Origin: Clostridia bacterium
GTDB taxonomy: Bacteria > Bacillota > Clostridia > CAKSNL01 > HGM11501
Direction: 5' to 3'
Length of the DNA stretch: 64,000 nucleotides
Assembly: GCA_045545475.1 (NCBI GenBank)
Contig: JAZQAZ010000030.1
Coordinates: 87,764-151,763, forward strand
The translations under genes were made by a program, and so were the position numbers. The notes under the pieces are model-generated. The model did not search any database, was not told where the DNA came from, and saw only the letters and a program-made list of their open reading frames with translations. Shown here in pieces: positions 21,301 to 27,615 of the stretch. Every line of letters starts with the position of its first letter. Position 1 is the first letter of the stretch.

Positions 21301-21591
21301 GTCAACGAGAGCTGCAGGGGTACCTTCTAGGTTACCTACGTTTGTTATTGACTCGCCGTCAAACTCGCTGAAATAGGTAACGCCGTCACCTTCAGCAGGT
21401 GTAAACGCTGCTGTAACGTTGGCAAGAAGCTCAACTTCCTCCTCCCCGTAAATTTCAACTAATTCGTCTTCGGAAACTTCCTCTATTACAGGAATTTCCA
21501 GCACCTCTTCTGCGAAAGAGGTGATTGCTGCCGCAGGTGCCAATGTCATGATCATGCACAATACGAGCAGTACAGATAAGATTTTTCTCAT
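12379..21591 (-). CDS. 3070-aa cell-surface protein: about 10 F5/8C-like domains, helical FIVAR/GA-like repeats, X2/Ig-like spacers, InlB-B-like repeats and three C-terminal SLH domains
   Basis: Signal peptide; repeated DLG...FSGIR..S.DG..W..A(R/K)Y(I/V)K units; SDIQGHWAE..FEPDKNITRAEF, FSPYENITREQMA and FAPKANATKAEA (SLH x3); KEGYDFMGWYLD (B-repeat); GGGAGG RBS. Confidence 0.85.
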   Translation of the reverse strand: MRKILSVLLVLCMIMTLAPAAAITSFAEEVLEIPVIEEVSEDELVEIYGEEEVELLANVTAAFTPAEGDGVTYFSEFDGESITNVGNLEGTPAALVDGKYTTNDEESIWDAGGIPTGMLGRINENVITVDMGEAKTISGIRIYDSSRARYLDARKIKTLSLSVSSDGVLWYALDNATNEDFASKYRDFAFKKNSTAVNVTARYFKFVVTAVNKWEWEAEEIVLLDENDANDTLTSEDFSATNVEGVTAKALVPAEGDGVTYLTELTGATVTKTAGSHQYEIASTYNGLYTEGVKTGASTNSGFDVYPAIGGATEGAMGWISNQGTNATTLQIDLGAVKTFSGIRLMDSQKARGMKARKATTLEIQVSEDGETWGDLDKASTTRTTEVTPQYGDFDFKFDGEAVNIEARYIKFRVLAVNAHGQFDIEEIVMLDADGGLDTLVAEDCKVAYYDPSTYFESMEAGSVWQVGCEVTEAFDGVIDNVGDWRETTGEHPSNDNLNYWHSSATSPVTEAQRTITVMFKTAIDVGGFRVYGRHDSTNGAIQYGGNPGVVRIEATYDGVNWFVAADDLKTGLNSGTDNDVTTEDGVWQGTNLLSGELNNKFKGIRYVVEKNASGSTTAHTNIVELQILKPVAYTSPFEDDDFTTYPLWNVTSGSTAGKTMANLGLLTDGIRPEANNHAEINNALYPAEGKTAWLIVDLGAEQTFSGIRVYPRKNTSGAVWANQTMSKGYLYVSDNGTDWVQAELSTALDTTTGLFDATATAEGEVRNVKARYVKVEATQTGLSDGNVHWSASELRLIDPVAGKEALTVSEFEELFSEEVLDDYYTNASDWTWTAGSQFSATHNVTKLYDGTYYGDMGNCWHSAVDGDKSVTIIFDKEMEVGGVRVFPRTVQGGASANTIKMQGTYDGTTWVDILGETKLGFTSGTKEEYKEAYLAQGRNNKFKGIKFIVVSGIDGNTSYTNITELQVLKPVAPKVTFPNDEVSMGYPMGTAATYVVKEGAADTVKHGTERGGIIMDGDYITRDEFISLGTPGGGVPTRQLHHDFCIGAKESTPYNGDSVYLYYDLGKVYEFSGIRLYQRVNGDQNFKEGYIYVSEDGENWISSDKITVSPAVISAIPEVKFGGTQFNIKARYIKVHCTVSQSKHWALEEVRLLNSVAGVDTKTPSEITAALAAQAEAVETLINAIGTPITMESKTAIDAARKAYDALAPAVQAAVENYDVLTDAEAAWLALAGAELNDMIAELPASEVTADDADAVADLREIYDALSDTDKATINVSDLEKAEAALAGLVRSIDPTDSASGKLGYATLEYKLYTAANDVTVTGVKYNGEEVTNTADEWKAVTNGDGTITLTLGGNYYKSEEYRKWLYSSTQNSITSHNNGGNYYKFRKANATLGIAVGDEVTENTFNGFFVREITNNGPGKHVVEVSLSDGTTKEIVLNANYTWRAVNGALAAADADGITPTGWQITTNGGASLAHAAANWFNGNYGDATNSQSWTSTYYDETGAEKGEQHFARAVGPYSTWVDFGKATKFAGVRITDKNYNMVDVSLYGSNDLVTWEKLGSISGNNSKTAQVDLQDNATYRYARVDVDSYQNMNSHSFMFTHEIVFIAASTRVIGGDINVDLSEDIEDATRTFNSDNTYAVTGVKVGSDTITADTDYVLDGTRGITFKKEYLESLEVGEYEAEISFESGETAKVKLNVKDLSVAEYWLTSGDNYNGSGTLTLTNATGKTVKNVAVGTTAVEFAQNPTEITILRYHFKPAADVYAKLSADETVGYEQPVTVTFEDDTTKVYTVKIYAQWYQVSSDVTTTFLADEVATGATWKVRNNAANPGLHPVNTFVKAAKNVQHQQNYHGAYTSVNGSATPDTRNHYIDVDMGTDVKEVGGIRYQSRANNADWGKVIISGSDDYATWTELYTGTAAGAAGAYVMKFNQNSTFRYIRINIPSANYPTADTIHFLKPALAVLSDATVKKDINATDEEIEISIEDIGDATISKVVLGSATLTASQYEYDAETDTIVIKAETLNTITAEGNVILAIETSTGKVGSVTVKYMDFSKKIFAQEVTPYHYEHEARVIVGTVKGDGISSITDRKITTKSDGSVLKNNDYETIDLTIAPHALFYGTAGTWNEGPGYFEVDYKIPHEFSGVRIYNRVWQDKGVRQYFTSIKEGYMAVSNDGINWVKSDVQTFGTGNLDSLNYSRNAYEDMKLIIDGVPTNVSARYVRIYPTKNGAWEPIGVEEICLYEPSSANADLKAADIKPGAATYSLATLEDLTFNVEWNDSITLGTISIVTEEDGEDVLVPVNSAYYFCDEESFTISKYFFIDGGYDAGDEIVLSVGFAVGKDILVPVTIAEAEEYEVNYEAGANGTLKAVVRYTDMATGEEVEEEVASGSMVGRHENLVFVAEGAAGYEPAGWTLEGKGEDTVKYVRVTDKKDWVFDAINAMEPASKAFDGDDKTYWHSEYETKTTGSPNPTHLLSDGPYWITAVFDEPMMISEMSHTRRLNSDGSAYDAGQKARKYKVWGSTDGGETFDVLLSEGEFVRADVTDRIVLNDVGYIDGIKFEIHSTFASATKSHCTVGEIAFTEKVVTENLLDGNITYTGSASQEFEIDDLFGDATVTVEFAAIEAGYAKITADLKKLEAEIEDTKVAYGENAVITLTPDEGEELPEEITVVMDGAELKEGQDYTYDSATGEIVVKNVKGNIEILAVAAGVDVFTVTYEDVNGATGTLPEADLYTEGETFKLPASKLKLTGSTFVGWKASSDGETYKAGKTFTMVAEDVTFTAVWEAKESGGDDEGTKKPSLGGGKDDSSSSGTGLIGGGVGTGANVNQHTITLVGIGTQKVATGTVIAAPAAKEGYDFMGWYLDEAFTVPYANTGIIENVTLYPYYRRIRSASELSDIQGHWAEKTIGEMYVAYFINGTAEGKFEPDKNITRAEFCQILYLMSGQTTDGAHNFTDVGVGDWFTNAVAWAVKSGITNGTTETTFSPYENITREQMATMIYRYATLMGHDWTISKEAGFADQAEIATYANYQVNWAADKKIINGYPDGTFAPKANATKAEAVTMLQRLLNLGK

Positions 21592-21705
21592 GATGTTTCC
21601 TCCCTTTGCTTCTTATCATTTTGATAGTATTTTTTTGCACGATTTCAAGATGCGGGGATTCGTCAGGCGACAATCCACGCATTATGATATCATACTGTAT
21701 CATAT

Positions 21706-21735
21706 ATAATACATCAAAATGCCCCTCTATGTCAA
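21706..21735 (-). promoter_or_regulatory. sigma-A promoter of the giant SLH gene
   Basis: TTGACA-18bp-TATTAT on the minus strand, with an A/T-rich upstream tract. Confidence 0.6.
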
Positions 21736-21858
21736 CAAAAAAAAACTTTTTCGAAATATTTTTTTCATCTGTTTGTAAAGAAAGAGAGTGTTTTTAGCGA
21801 AATGCACAAACTTTTCTTTTTTTTATGTGCAATTCGACGGAGGAAAGGGGTAAAAAGA

Positions 21859-22144
21859 GAGATTCTTCGTCCTGCGGACTCAGAATGACATAGGGGGGCA
21901 CTGTCATTCTGAGCGAAGCGTCAGCGTAGCGAAGAATCTCACGCTTCACTGTCATTCTGACGACGGCGTTTTGCAAAAAAAAAAAACGCCTACGGAAGAA
22001 TCTCTCATCAGGCACTGCACAGGAGATCCTTCGGGCAGCGCCCTCAGGATGACATAGGGGGGGCACTGTCATTCTGAGCGGAGCGAAGAATCTCACTCCA
22101 AGCACCGTGCAGGAGATCCTTCGGGCAGAGCCCTCAGGATGACA
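21859..22144. repeat. Cluster of six TGTC/CGTC-type REP palindromes (BIME-like)
   Basis: Units 21859-21890(-), 21902-21940(+), 21950-22004(+), 22023-22054(-), 22067-22094(+), 22113-22144(-); consensus TGTCAT(T/C)CTGAG..CGAAG(A/G)ATCTC. Confidence 0.9.
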
Positions 22145-22158
22145 CGGAGGTGCATAAC

Positions 22159-22186
22159 AAAAAAGGAGGGATTACTCCCTCCTTTT
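22159..22186 (-). terminator. Intrinsic terminator after cassette 2
   Basis: AAAAAAGGAGGGA-TTAC-TCCCTCCTTTT. Confidence 0.75.
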
Positions 22187-22187
22187 A

Positions 22188-24674
22188 TCATTTTGATATT
22201 GTAACAGTCTGCGTCTCGCCGTTCCATTCCACGTTATATCCGAGAATTTCAGATACGAATCTTACAGGTATAAAGGTACGGTTTTCCGATATTACCGGCG
22301 GATTCAAAAGAGTATACATCATTTTACCCTTGGGATAACGTGTATCAGACACCCAGACCACATTGTTCCATATTTGAAGTTCAATCGTCAGAACTTCTGT
22401 CTTAAGGGTTATCTTTTCCTTTGTACCATCCCAGATAATTTCTGCTCCCATTTCCTCAACAAGACCTCTTAAAGGGATAAGCGTGGAGCCGTTTACAATG
22501 TAGGGTGCAACATCAAGCACCTTTTCGCTCTCGGTTTTCTCCTTGCCCTTAACAGCCTTGATTGTTTTATCTCCTATTTTGAGAACATAAGTCTCTCCGG
22601 CCGCTTCCGTTCTTTCTTTTCTTGCCGTCCCCGATTCATAGAAGGAAATATCCGTTGCAGAAACTCTGCCTGCATTGTACTCGATTATTTCGATGTCGAA
22701 ATATTTCACTTCTATTTCCTCGTCGAACACAACGACCTTTTCAGACACATCATCTGCAAAGGTTACTGTCTTTTCCTCAAACTCAAGTCCGTCGGTTGAC
22801 CAGCGGAGGATTGCTTTATACCACAAGCCGTGTTTATCTTCACTTCTTCTGGGAAGATAGTGAAATTCCTTAATCTTATATATCTCTCTGAATTCAACCT
22901 CAATAGTTACGGGACGTGTACCTGTGGTTTCTGTCTGCCAGACGGTATCCGCCTTTCCGTCAAAAGCTCTGTTTATAGTATTATTGTTCCACACGGGCTC
23001 TACGCAGTAGCCCGTAGTCTCCTCTATAGGAATCTGATAGAGCCTATGAAGTACCTCATAGGCCTGATAAGCGGAAAGAGCCACGGTTTCAAGATCATCT
23101 CTTCCCTTTACCGCGGAAAACTCCGCAAAGCTTCCTATGTTGCCGTTTCCTTCCTTTATTATAAGGCGGATTCTTTTAGCTTCAATGTTTCCCACAAGAC
23201 GGAAGTTTCTTATTGCACCGAATGCTGCCGTCTGCGAAAAAGCGATTGATTCGTTTTCAAGTATGGTGTAAAACGCTCCGTCGTCCGTATCTGAAGCCTG
23301 GAGGTCAAAAAGTTTAATGTCGCCGGAATGGGAATCCACCCTGGGAAGAATTACAAACTCAGAAACGGATGTCAGCTCAGGCAAAGTAAAATCGATGGTA
23401 TAAGGAGGCTTCTGAAGGTTTTTAGCCGTTCCGTTTTCCACCTCATAATAAGAGTGCCATATTGTCTTTTGTTTACCGTCAATTAAGTTCTTCGCAGGAG
23501 CACCCTTAAATTCCGATGTGGCTTCAACCGTCCATCCGGATTTCGGCACTTCATTTTCTACGGTGAAATCAGCCGTCGGTGTTGCAGGCTTTTCTTCCTT
23601 AGGTTCTTCCTTTGCCGATTCGCCTTTTTCGCTTCCTTTAATAAATTCAAGCTCTCCGCAGGTGGCATAGCCTGTTCCGTAGGAATCGGTTATTTCAATT
23701 TTTACGCCCAGAAGCTCCATATCCCCCCAGGAAAGTGTCTGTGATGCATGACGCATAGCATCGGACGAAAGCTTGTATTTAAATATTTCCTTATATTCTT
23801 CTCCGTCGGTTGTTCCGTAAACGGTCATCGCCTTAACAGTTCCGGATTCAGAGTCGCTTCGGGGTGTATAGATAAGTCCCGACACGGTGATGGGGCTTAC
23901 AAAGTTTACTGTGATATAGTGGGGCCATTTTTCAACCTCCCCAAGTTTTCCGTCAACCACGGTATAGTGGGTATGCCAGAAGGTAGAAGGATTTCCGTCA
24001 AATATCTTCTTTATTGTTCCGCCAATGTCAGAGGAAGTTTCCACAAGCCACGACGCATCATAGGGGATTTTTTCATAGGCAGGAGCTTCCTCTTCCTTTT
24101 TGCCGTCAGCGGTAATTGTACCGGGAGTTATAACGGCGTTTTCAGCCTTTGCCTCTCCACCCGATAAAAACTTAAGTTCACCGCAGGAGGCATAGCCTGT
24201 TCCGTAGGAATTGGTTACTTCTATTTTTATGGCTGTCATTTCCTTATCGCCCCAGGAAACAGTCTTGGAATCGAAACGTTCGGCATCACTTCCAAGCTTA
24301 TATTCCGCAATCTTTGTAAAAATTTCCCCGTCGGTTGATGAATATACATTCATCGCCTTAACGGTTCCGGAGTCAGAGTCACTTCGGGGTGTATAGATAA
24401 GTCCCGACACCGTAATGGGGCTTATAAAGTTTACGGTTATATAGTGAGGCCATTTTTCAACGTCCGAAAGCTTTCCGTCAACCACCGAGTATCTGGTATG
24501 CCAGAAGGTTGCCGCATTACCGTCGAAAATTTTATTTATTGTTCCGCCAATGTCGGAGGAAGTTTCCACAAGCCATGACGCATCATAGGGGATTTCCGTT
24601 TCCGCCGCAGAGACGGGAACGAAAAGAGATATAGCCATTAAGAAAACGAGAGTTGCTGCAAATATTTTTTTCAT
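22188..24674 (-). CDS. Secreted protein with four F5/8C (CBM32-like) domains and an amine-oxidase-N-like tail (cassette 2 partner)
   Basis: ATG 24674 behind AGGAGG; FDG..TFWHT..YTPRSDS repeats; C-terminal APYIVNGSTLIPLRG..RTFIPVRFVSEILGYNVEW. Confidence 0.85.
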   Translation of the reverse strand: MKKIFAATLVFLMAISLFVPVSAAETEIPYDASWLVETSSDIGGTINKIFDGNAATFWHTRYSVVDGKLSDVEKWPHYITVNFISPITVSGLIYTPRSDSDSGTVKAMNVYSSTDGEIFTKIAEYKLGSDAERFDSKTVSWGDKEMTAIKIEVTNSYGTGYASCGELKFLSGGEAKAENAVITPGTITADGKKEEEAPAYEKIPYDASWLVETSSDIGGTIKKIFDGNPSTFWHTHYTVVDGKLGEVEKWPHYITVNFVSPITVSGLIYTPRSDSESGTVKAMTVYGTTDGEEYKEIFKYKLSSDAMRHASQTLSWGDMELLGVKIEITDSYGTGYATCGELEFIKGSEKGESAKEEPKEEKPATPTADFTVENEVPKSGWTVEATSEFKGAPAKNLIDGKQKTIWHSYYEVENGTAKNLQKPPYTIDFTLPELTSVSEFVILPRVDSHSGDIKLFDLQASDTDDGAFYTILENESIAFSQTAAFGAIRNFRLVGNIEAKRIRLIIKEGNGNIGSFAEFSAVKGRDDLETVALSAYQAYEVLHRLYQIPIEETTGYCVEPVWNNNTINRAFDGKADTVWQTETTGTRPVTIEVEFREIYKIKEFHYLPRRSEDKHGLWYKAILRWSTDGLEFEEKTVTFADDVSEKVVVFDEEIEVKYFDIEIIEYNAGRVSATDISFYESGTARKERTEAAGETYVLKIGDKTIKAVKGKEKTESEKVLDVAPYIVNGSTLIPLRGLVEEMGAEIIWDGTKEKITLKTEVLTIELQIWNNVVWVSDTRYPKGKMMYTLLNPPVISENRTFIPVRFVSEILGYNVEWNGETQTVTISK

Positions 24675-24687
24675 TTTTCCGCCTCCT

Positions 24688-27438
24688 TTAATTGATGTGC
24701 GAAAGCACAGCATTTACTGTGTCAACAGGTGTTGTTCCCTTTGTGCAGAGGGTATATACTCCGTCTCCCAGTCCTTTTACCTCATAGCCATAGCATTCGG
24801 ATATGAATGAAAGAGGAATGTAAATAATTCCGTCAACCGCAGTGATGGGTGCTGAAAGCTTAACGGGAGCACCGTCAACCTTTGCCTCCAGAGTGCCCAA
24901 TGTGCTGTATGTCCACTTATAGTTTACTACCTCGGTAAGCTCATCATTCATCTCAAAGTGATAGGTACGAAGTACATTGTAGAAGGAGTTGTAATCCGTC
25001 TTTGTTCTGCCGTATCCCATTATTTCGTTAAATGTATCTTCAGGGACATAGAGTGTGCCATTCATTTCCATGGCACGCACATTTCTGTTCTTTTCGTACA
25101 CAGGCATCTTTCCGCCTGCAACAATCATGTTTTCCGCACCCGCCTTAAGAATAGCAGTATCGGAAAGACTTGCACGCTGGGAAGAAGTTACGGCAGTCTG
25201 TGCTGTTTCTGTGAAGAGATAATTAAAGCGTCCGTAGGGTGCTACAGATCCATCCGAATAGAAATTCATGAAGTCATCCTTGCCGGATACGGAGTCTGTC
25301 CACTTAAATTCAAAGTCAACCACACCGGTTTCTCCGATTAAGCTTCTTATAATTTTAACGGTCATGCAGGCTCCTGAAATTTTGTATTCTGCATCGCCGA
25401 TTTTTTCCATCGCCCAGACATTTCCCGCATTTTTGTAAACTACGCCTTTTTCTATCAAGAAGTCATAGCCTTCCCAACCGGTATTATACATTCTGTCGGT
25501 ATTGATATAAAGGTTAAGGAAACCTTTATCATGCTCTTTTATATCTTTCTCGCAGGTAACAAGGAAGTAGAGGTTTTCCGCATCGAAAGTAACCTTTGCA
25601 CTCTTTACGGAATTGTTTACGGTTGTTTTGTAAACATAAGGCTCGAAGTTTGTACCTGCTTTAGCTAAGCCTTCCGAATCTCGCTCATAGTTCTGATTTG
25701 CATTAAGGAACTCAGGAGTAACGCCATCCCACTGGGAAACATCTCCCGCAAGGTCGATGGTCTTCATTCCGCCTGCAACAGGAGCAGGACGCACACCTTT
25801 ATATTTTCTTATAAAGTCAACCATCAGGTTGTAATAGTCATCCTTAAGTGCTCCACGGCTGGGCTCAAAATCACGGCTGTTTTCATCGTCAAATGTATCA
25901 ACAAAAGCATTGGGATTTCCGTACCAATCTTCAAAGCGTATAGCTGTCTGCTCGTTCCATCCGTCTATGTAGATAAACTCCGGCTCTGCACTAAGTGCCA
26001 ACGCCGCCTGCTCACGGAAGAAGTATGCCTTTCTTGCACCCTCTTTGGTATAGTCCTCTCCGAATACTTCGGAATAGCCTCTTCCCTTTGCGTAGTCATT
26101 GGATGCAGCACCGCCAAGGCCCATTGCCGCATTGGTAAGGGTGTTTATGGAGCAACCCACTGCTACAAATTCAGGTCTTCCGGTCTCGTCGGGATTCCTT
26201 AGTTTCTGAGGAAAGTGCTCAAGCCAGAACCATTCATTGGGTTTAACCTCACTGTCTCTCGTTCCGCCGTAACGGAAGGTGAAAAAGTCGTGAATTTCGG
26301 AAACCAGTGCAAGCTGTGCACTGTCCTTTGAATTTGCCTGTGCCGTGCCATATTCCTTACGGGTATTGGCAAAAATCAACGGCTTTCCGTCAAGGTAATA
26401 CCATATATCAGAATAATCGTTTTCAACAAAGCAATTCATATATATGGCTGCCGGCTGTGTAAAGCTGTACTGATTAGGCATTACTATGGAACCGAGTACA
26501 GAAATTTCCGGAATATCAAGACCTGTTGCCTTAGCATCGCGAAAGGCTTTTACCAAAACTTTCATAGGTTCAAAGAAAAGATAACCTGAATTTGTGCAGT
26601 CGAAGAAAATAACATCTACTCCTGCGTGAGAAAGCATTTCAGCATGCTTGCGGTATACAAAGTAGTCATAGCTTGTGTAAAATCCCAGTGCGGGCTCCGA
26701 CCAGTAGTAAATCCCCTCTTTGTCCCACGCTTTGTGGAAGTAATCGTATCTTGATTCCGGAGCATTTTTAATGACATCGGAAATTACATGTGCACGTCTG
26801 TTTTCAGCACTTGATGTGAACCAATCCCAGTACATAATACCAACCTGTCTCGTGTCGGTCTTAACTGCACCTGTTTCGGAAAAGTCCGCAACCTTTCGAC
26901 CATATGAATCCGTTGCCGCCCAGGTATCGGCATAAAGGTCAACTACAGCACTGTCAGGAATCTGCATAGACTTATTATCCCTTACATATTCCTCCTTGGA
27001 AAAGGTAACCTCATAAAGCTCGGTCGCTCCTCTTCCGTCACCATAGAGGGATACGAAGTATACGTCATGAGTACCGCTTATCTCTTTTATAAGGGGTGCC
27101 TTGAAGAGTCCTGTTCTGTTTTCGCCCATAACAACATGGGCCAAAACATCTCCCGTCAAGGGATCGTCGGCCTTTACCAAAAATGTGTCTCCGTTACTTG
27201 AGCCTGACACATAGTTTTTCGCATTTATCGAAACCGACTTTACCTCCGCAAGTTCAACACCCTTAAATCCGAAGTAGTTGTCCTTTTTCGTATAGCGAAG
27301 GCAAGCTTCATTTTTAGTAGCCCCCGAAAGCAATTCTGCCTCTGTTGCCTTGTAGGTTTTATCCCCTTCTGAAGCAAAAACCGTCATTAACGAAAAGCTC
27401 ATGCATATTGCCAGAATTAATGCAAATATCTTTTTCAA
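24688..27438 (-). CDS. Secreted GH99/GH71-like putative glycosidase (cassette 2), paralogue of 5684-8440
   Basis: TTG start 27438 behind AAGGAAGG; DTWAATDSYGR, YWDW, RKHAEMLSHAGVD, GWNEQ, RDFEP; same domain order. Confidence 0.65.
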   Translation of the reverse strand: MKKIFALILAICMSFSLMTVFASEGDKTYKATEAELLSGATKNEACLRYTKKDNYFGFKGVELAEVKSVSINAKNYVSGSSNGDTFLVKADDPLTGDVLAHVVMGENRTGLFKAPLIKEISGTHDVYFVSLYGDGRGATELYEVTFSKEEYVRDNKSMQIPDSAVVDLYADTWAATDSYGRKVADFSETGAVKTDTRQVGIMYWDWFTSSAENRRAHVISDVIKNAPESRYDYFHKAWDKEGIYYWSEPALGFYTSYDYFVYRKHAEMLSHAGVDVIFFDCTNSGYLFFEPMKVLVKAFRDAKATGLDIPEISVLGSIVMPNQYSFTQPAAIYMNCFVENDYSDIWYYLDGKPLIFANTRKEYGTAQANSKDSAQLALVSEIHDFFTFRYGGTRDSEVKPNEWFWLEHFPQKLRNPDETGRPEFVAVGCSINTLTNAAMGLGGAASNDYAKGRGYSEVFGEDYTKEGARKAYFFREQAALALSAEPEFIYIDGWNEQTAIRFEDWYGNPNAFVDTFDDENSRDFEPSRGALKDDYYNLMVDFIRKYKGVRPAPVAGGMKTIDLAGDVSQWDGVTPEFLNANQNYERDSEGLAKAGTNFEPYVYKTTVNNSVKSAKVTFDAENLYFLVTCEKDIKEHDKGFLNLYINTDRMYNTGWEGYDFLIEKGVVYKNAGNVWAMEKIGDAEYKISGACMTVKIIRSLIGETGVVDFEFKWTDSVSGKDDFMNFYSDGSVAPYGRFNYLFTETAQTAVTSSQRASLSDTAILKAGAENMIVAGGKMPVYEKNRNVRAMEMNGTLYVPEDTFNEIMGYGRTKTDYNSFYNVLRTYHFEMNDELTEVVNYKWTYSTLGTLEAKVDGAPVKLSAPITAVDGIIYIPLSFISECYGYEVKGLGDGVYTLCTKGTTPVDTVNAVLSHIN

Positions 27439-27615
27439 AATTATCCCTTCCTTTGATTTTTTTATAATATTATTATACATTATCCTGCGTTTTTTGTCTT
27501 TATCATCAATTCCGACGTATTTATCATTTATTCCACAAAAAATTTTTCTTTTCTTTTTGGGAAATTTGTGGTATTATATATTAATGGAAGAAATTTTGAA
27601 AGGAGAAGTGTCCTT

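Noticed and set aside
21794-22105. 103-aa ORF across the REP cluster
   Set aside because: The peptide (RFFAPLRMT, VILS) is the typical shadow translation of REP palindromes.
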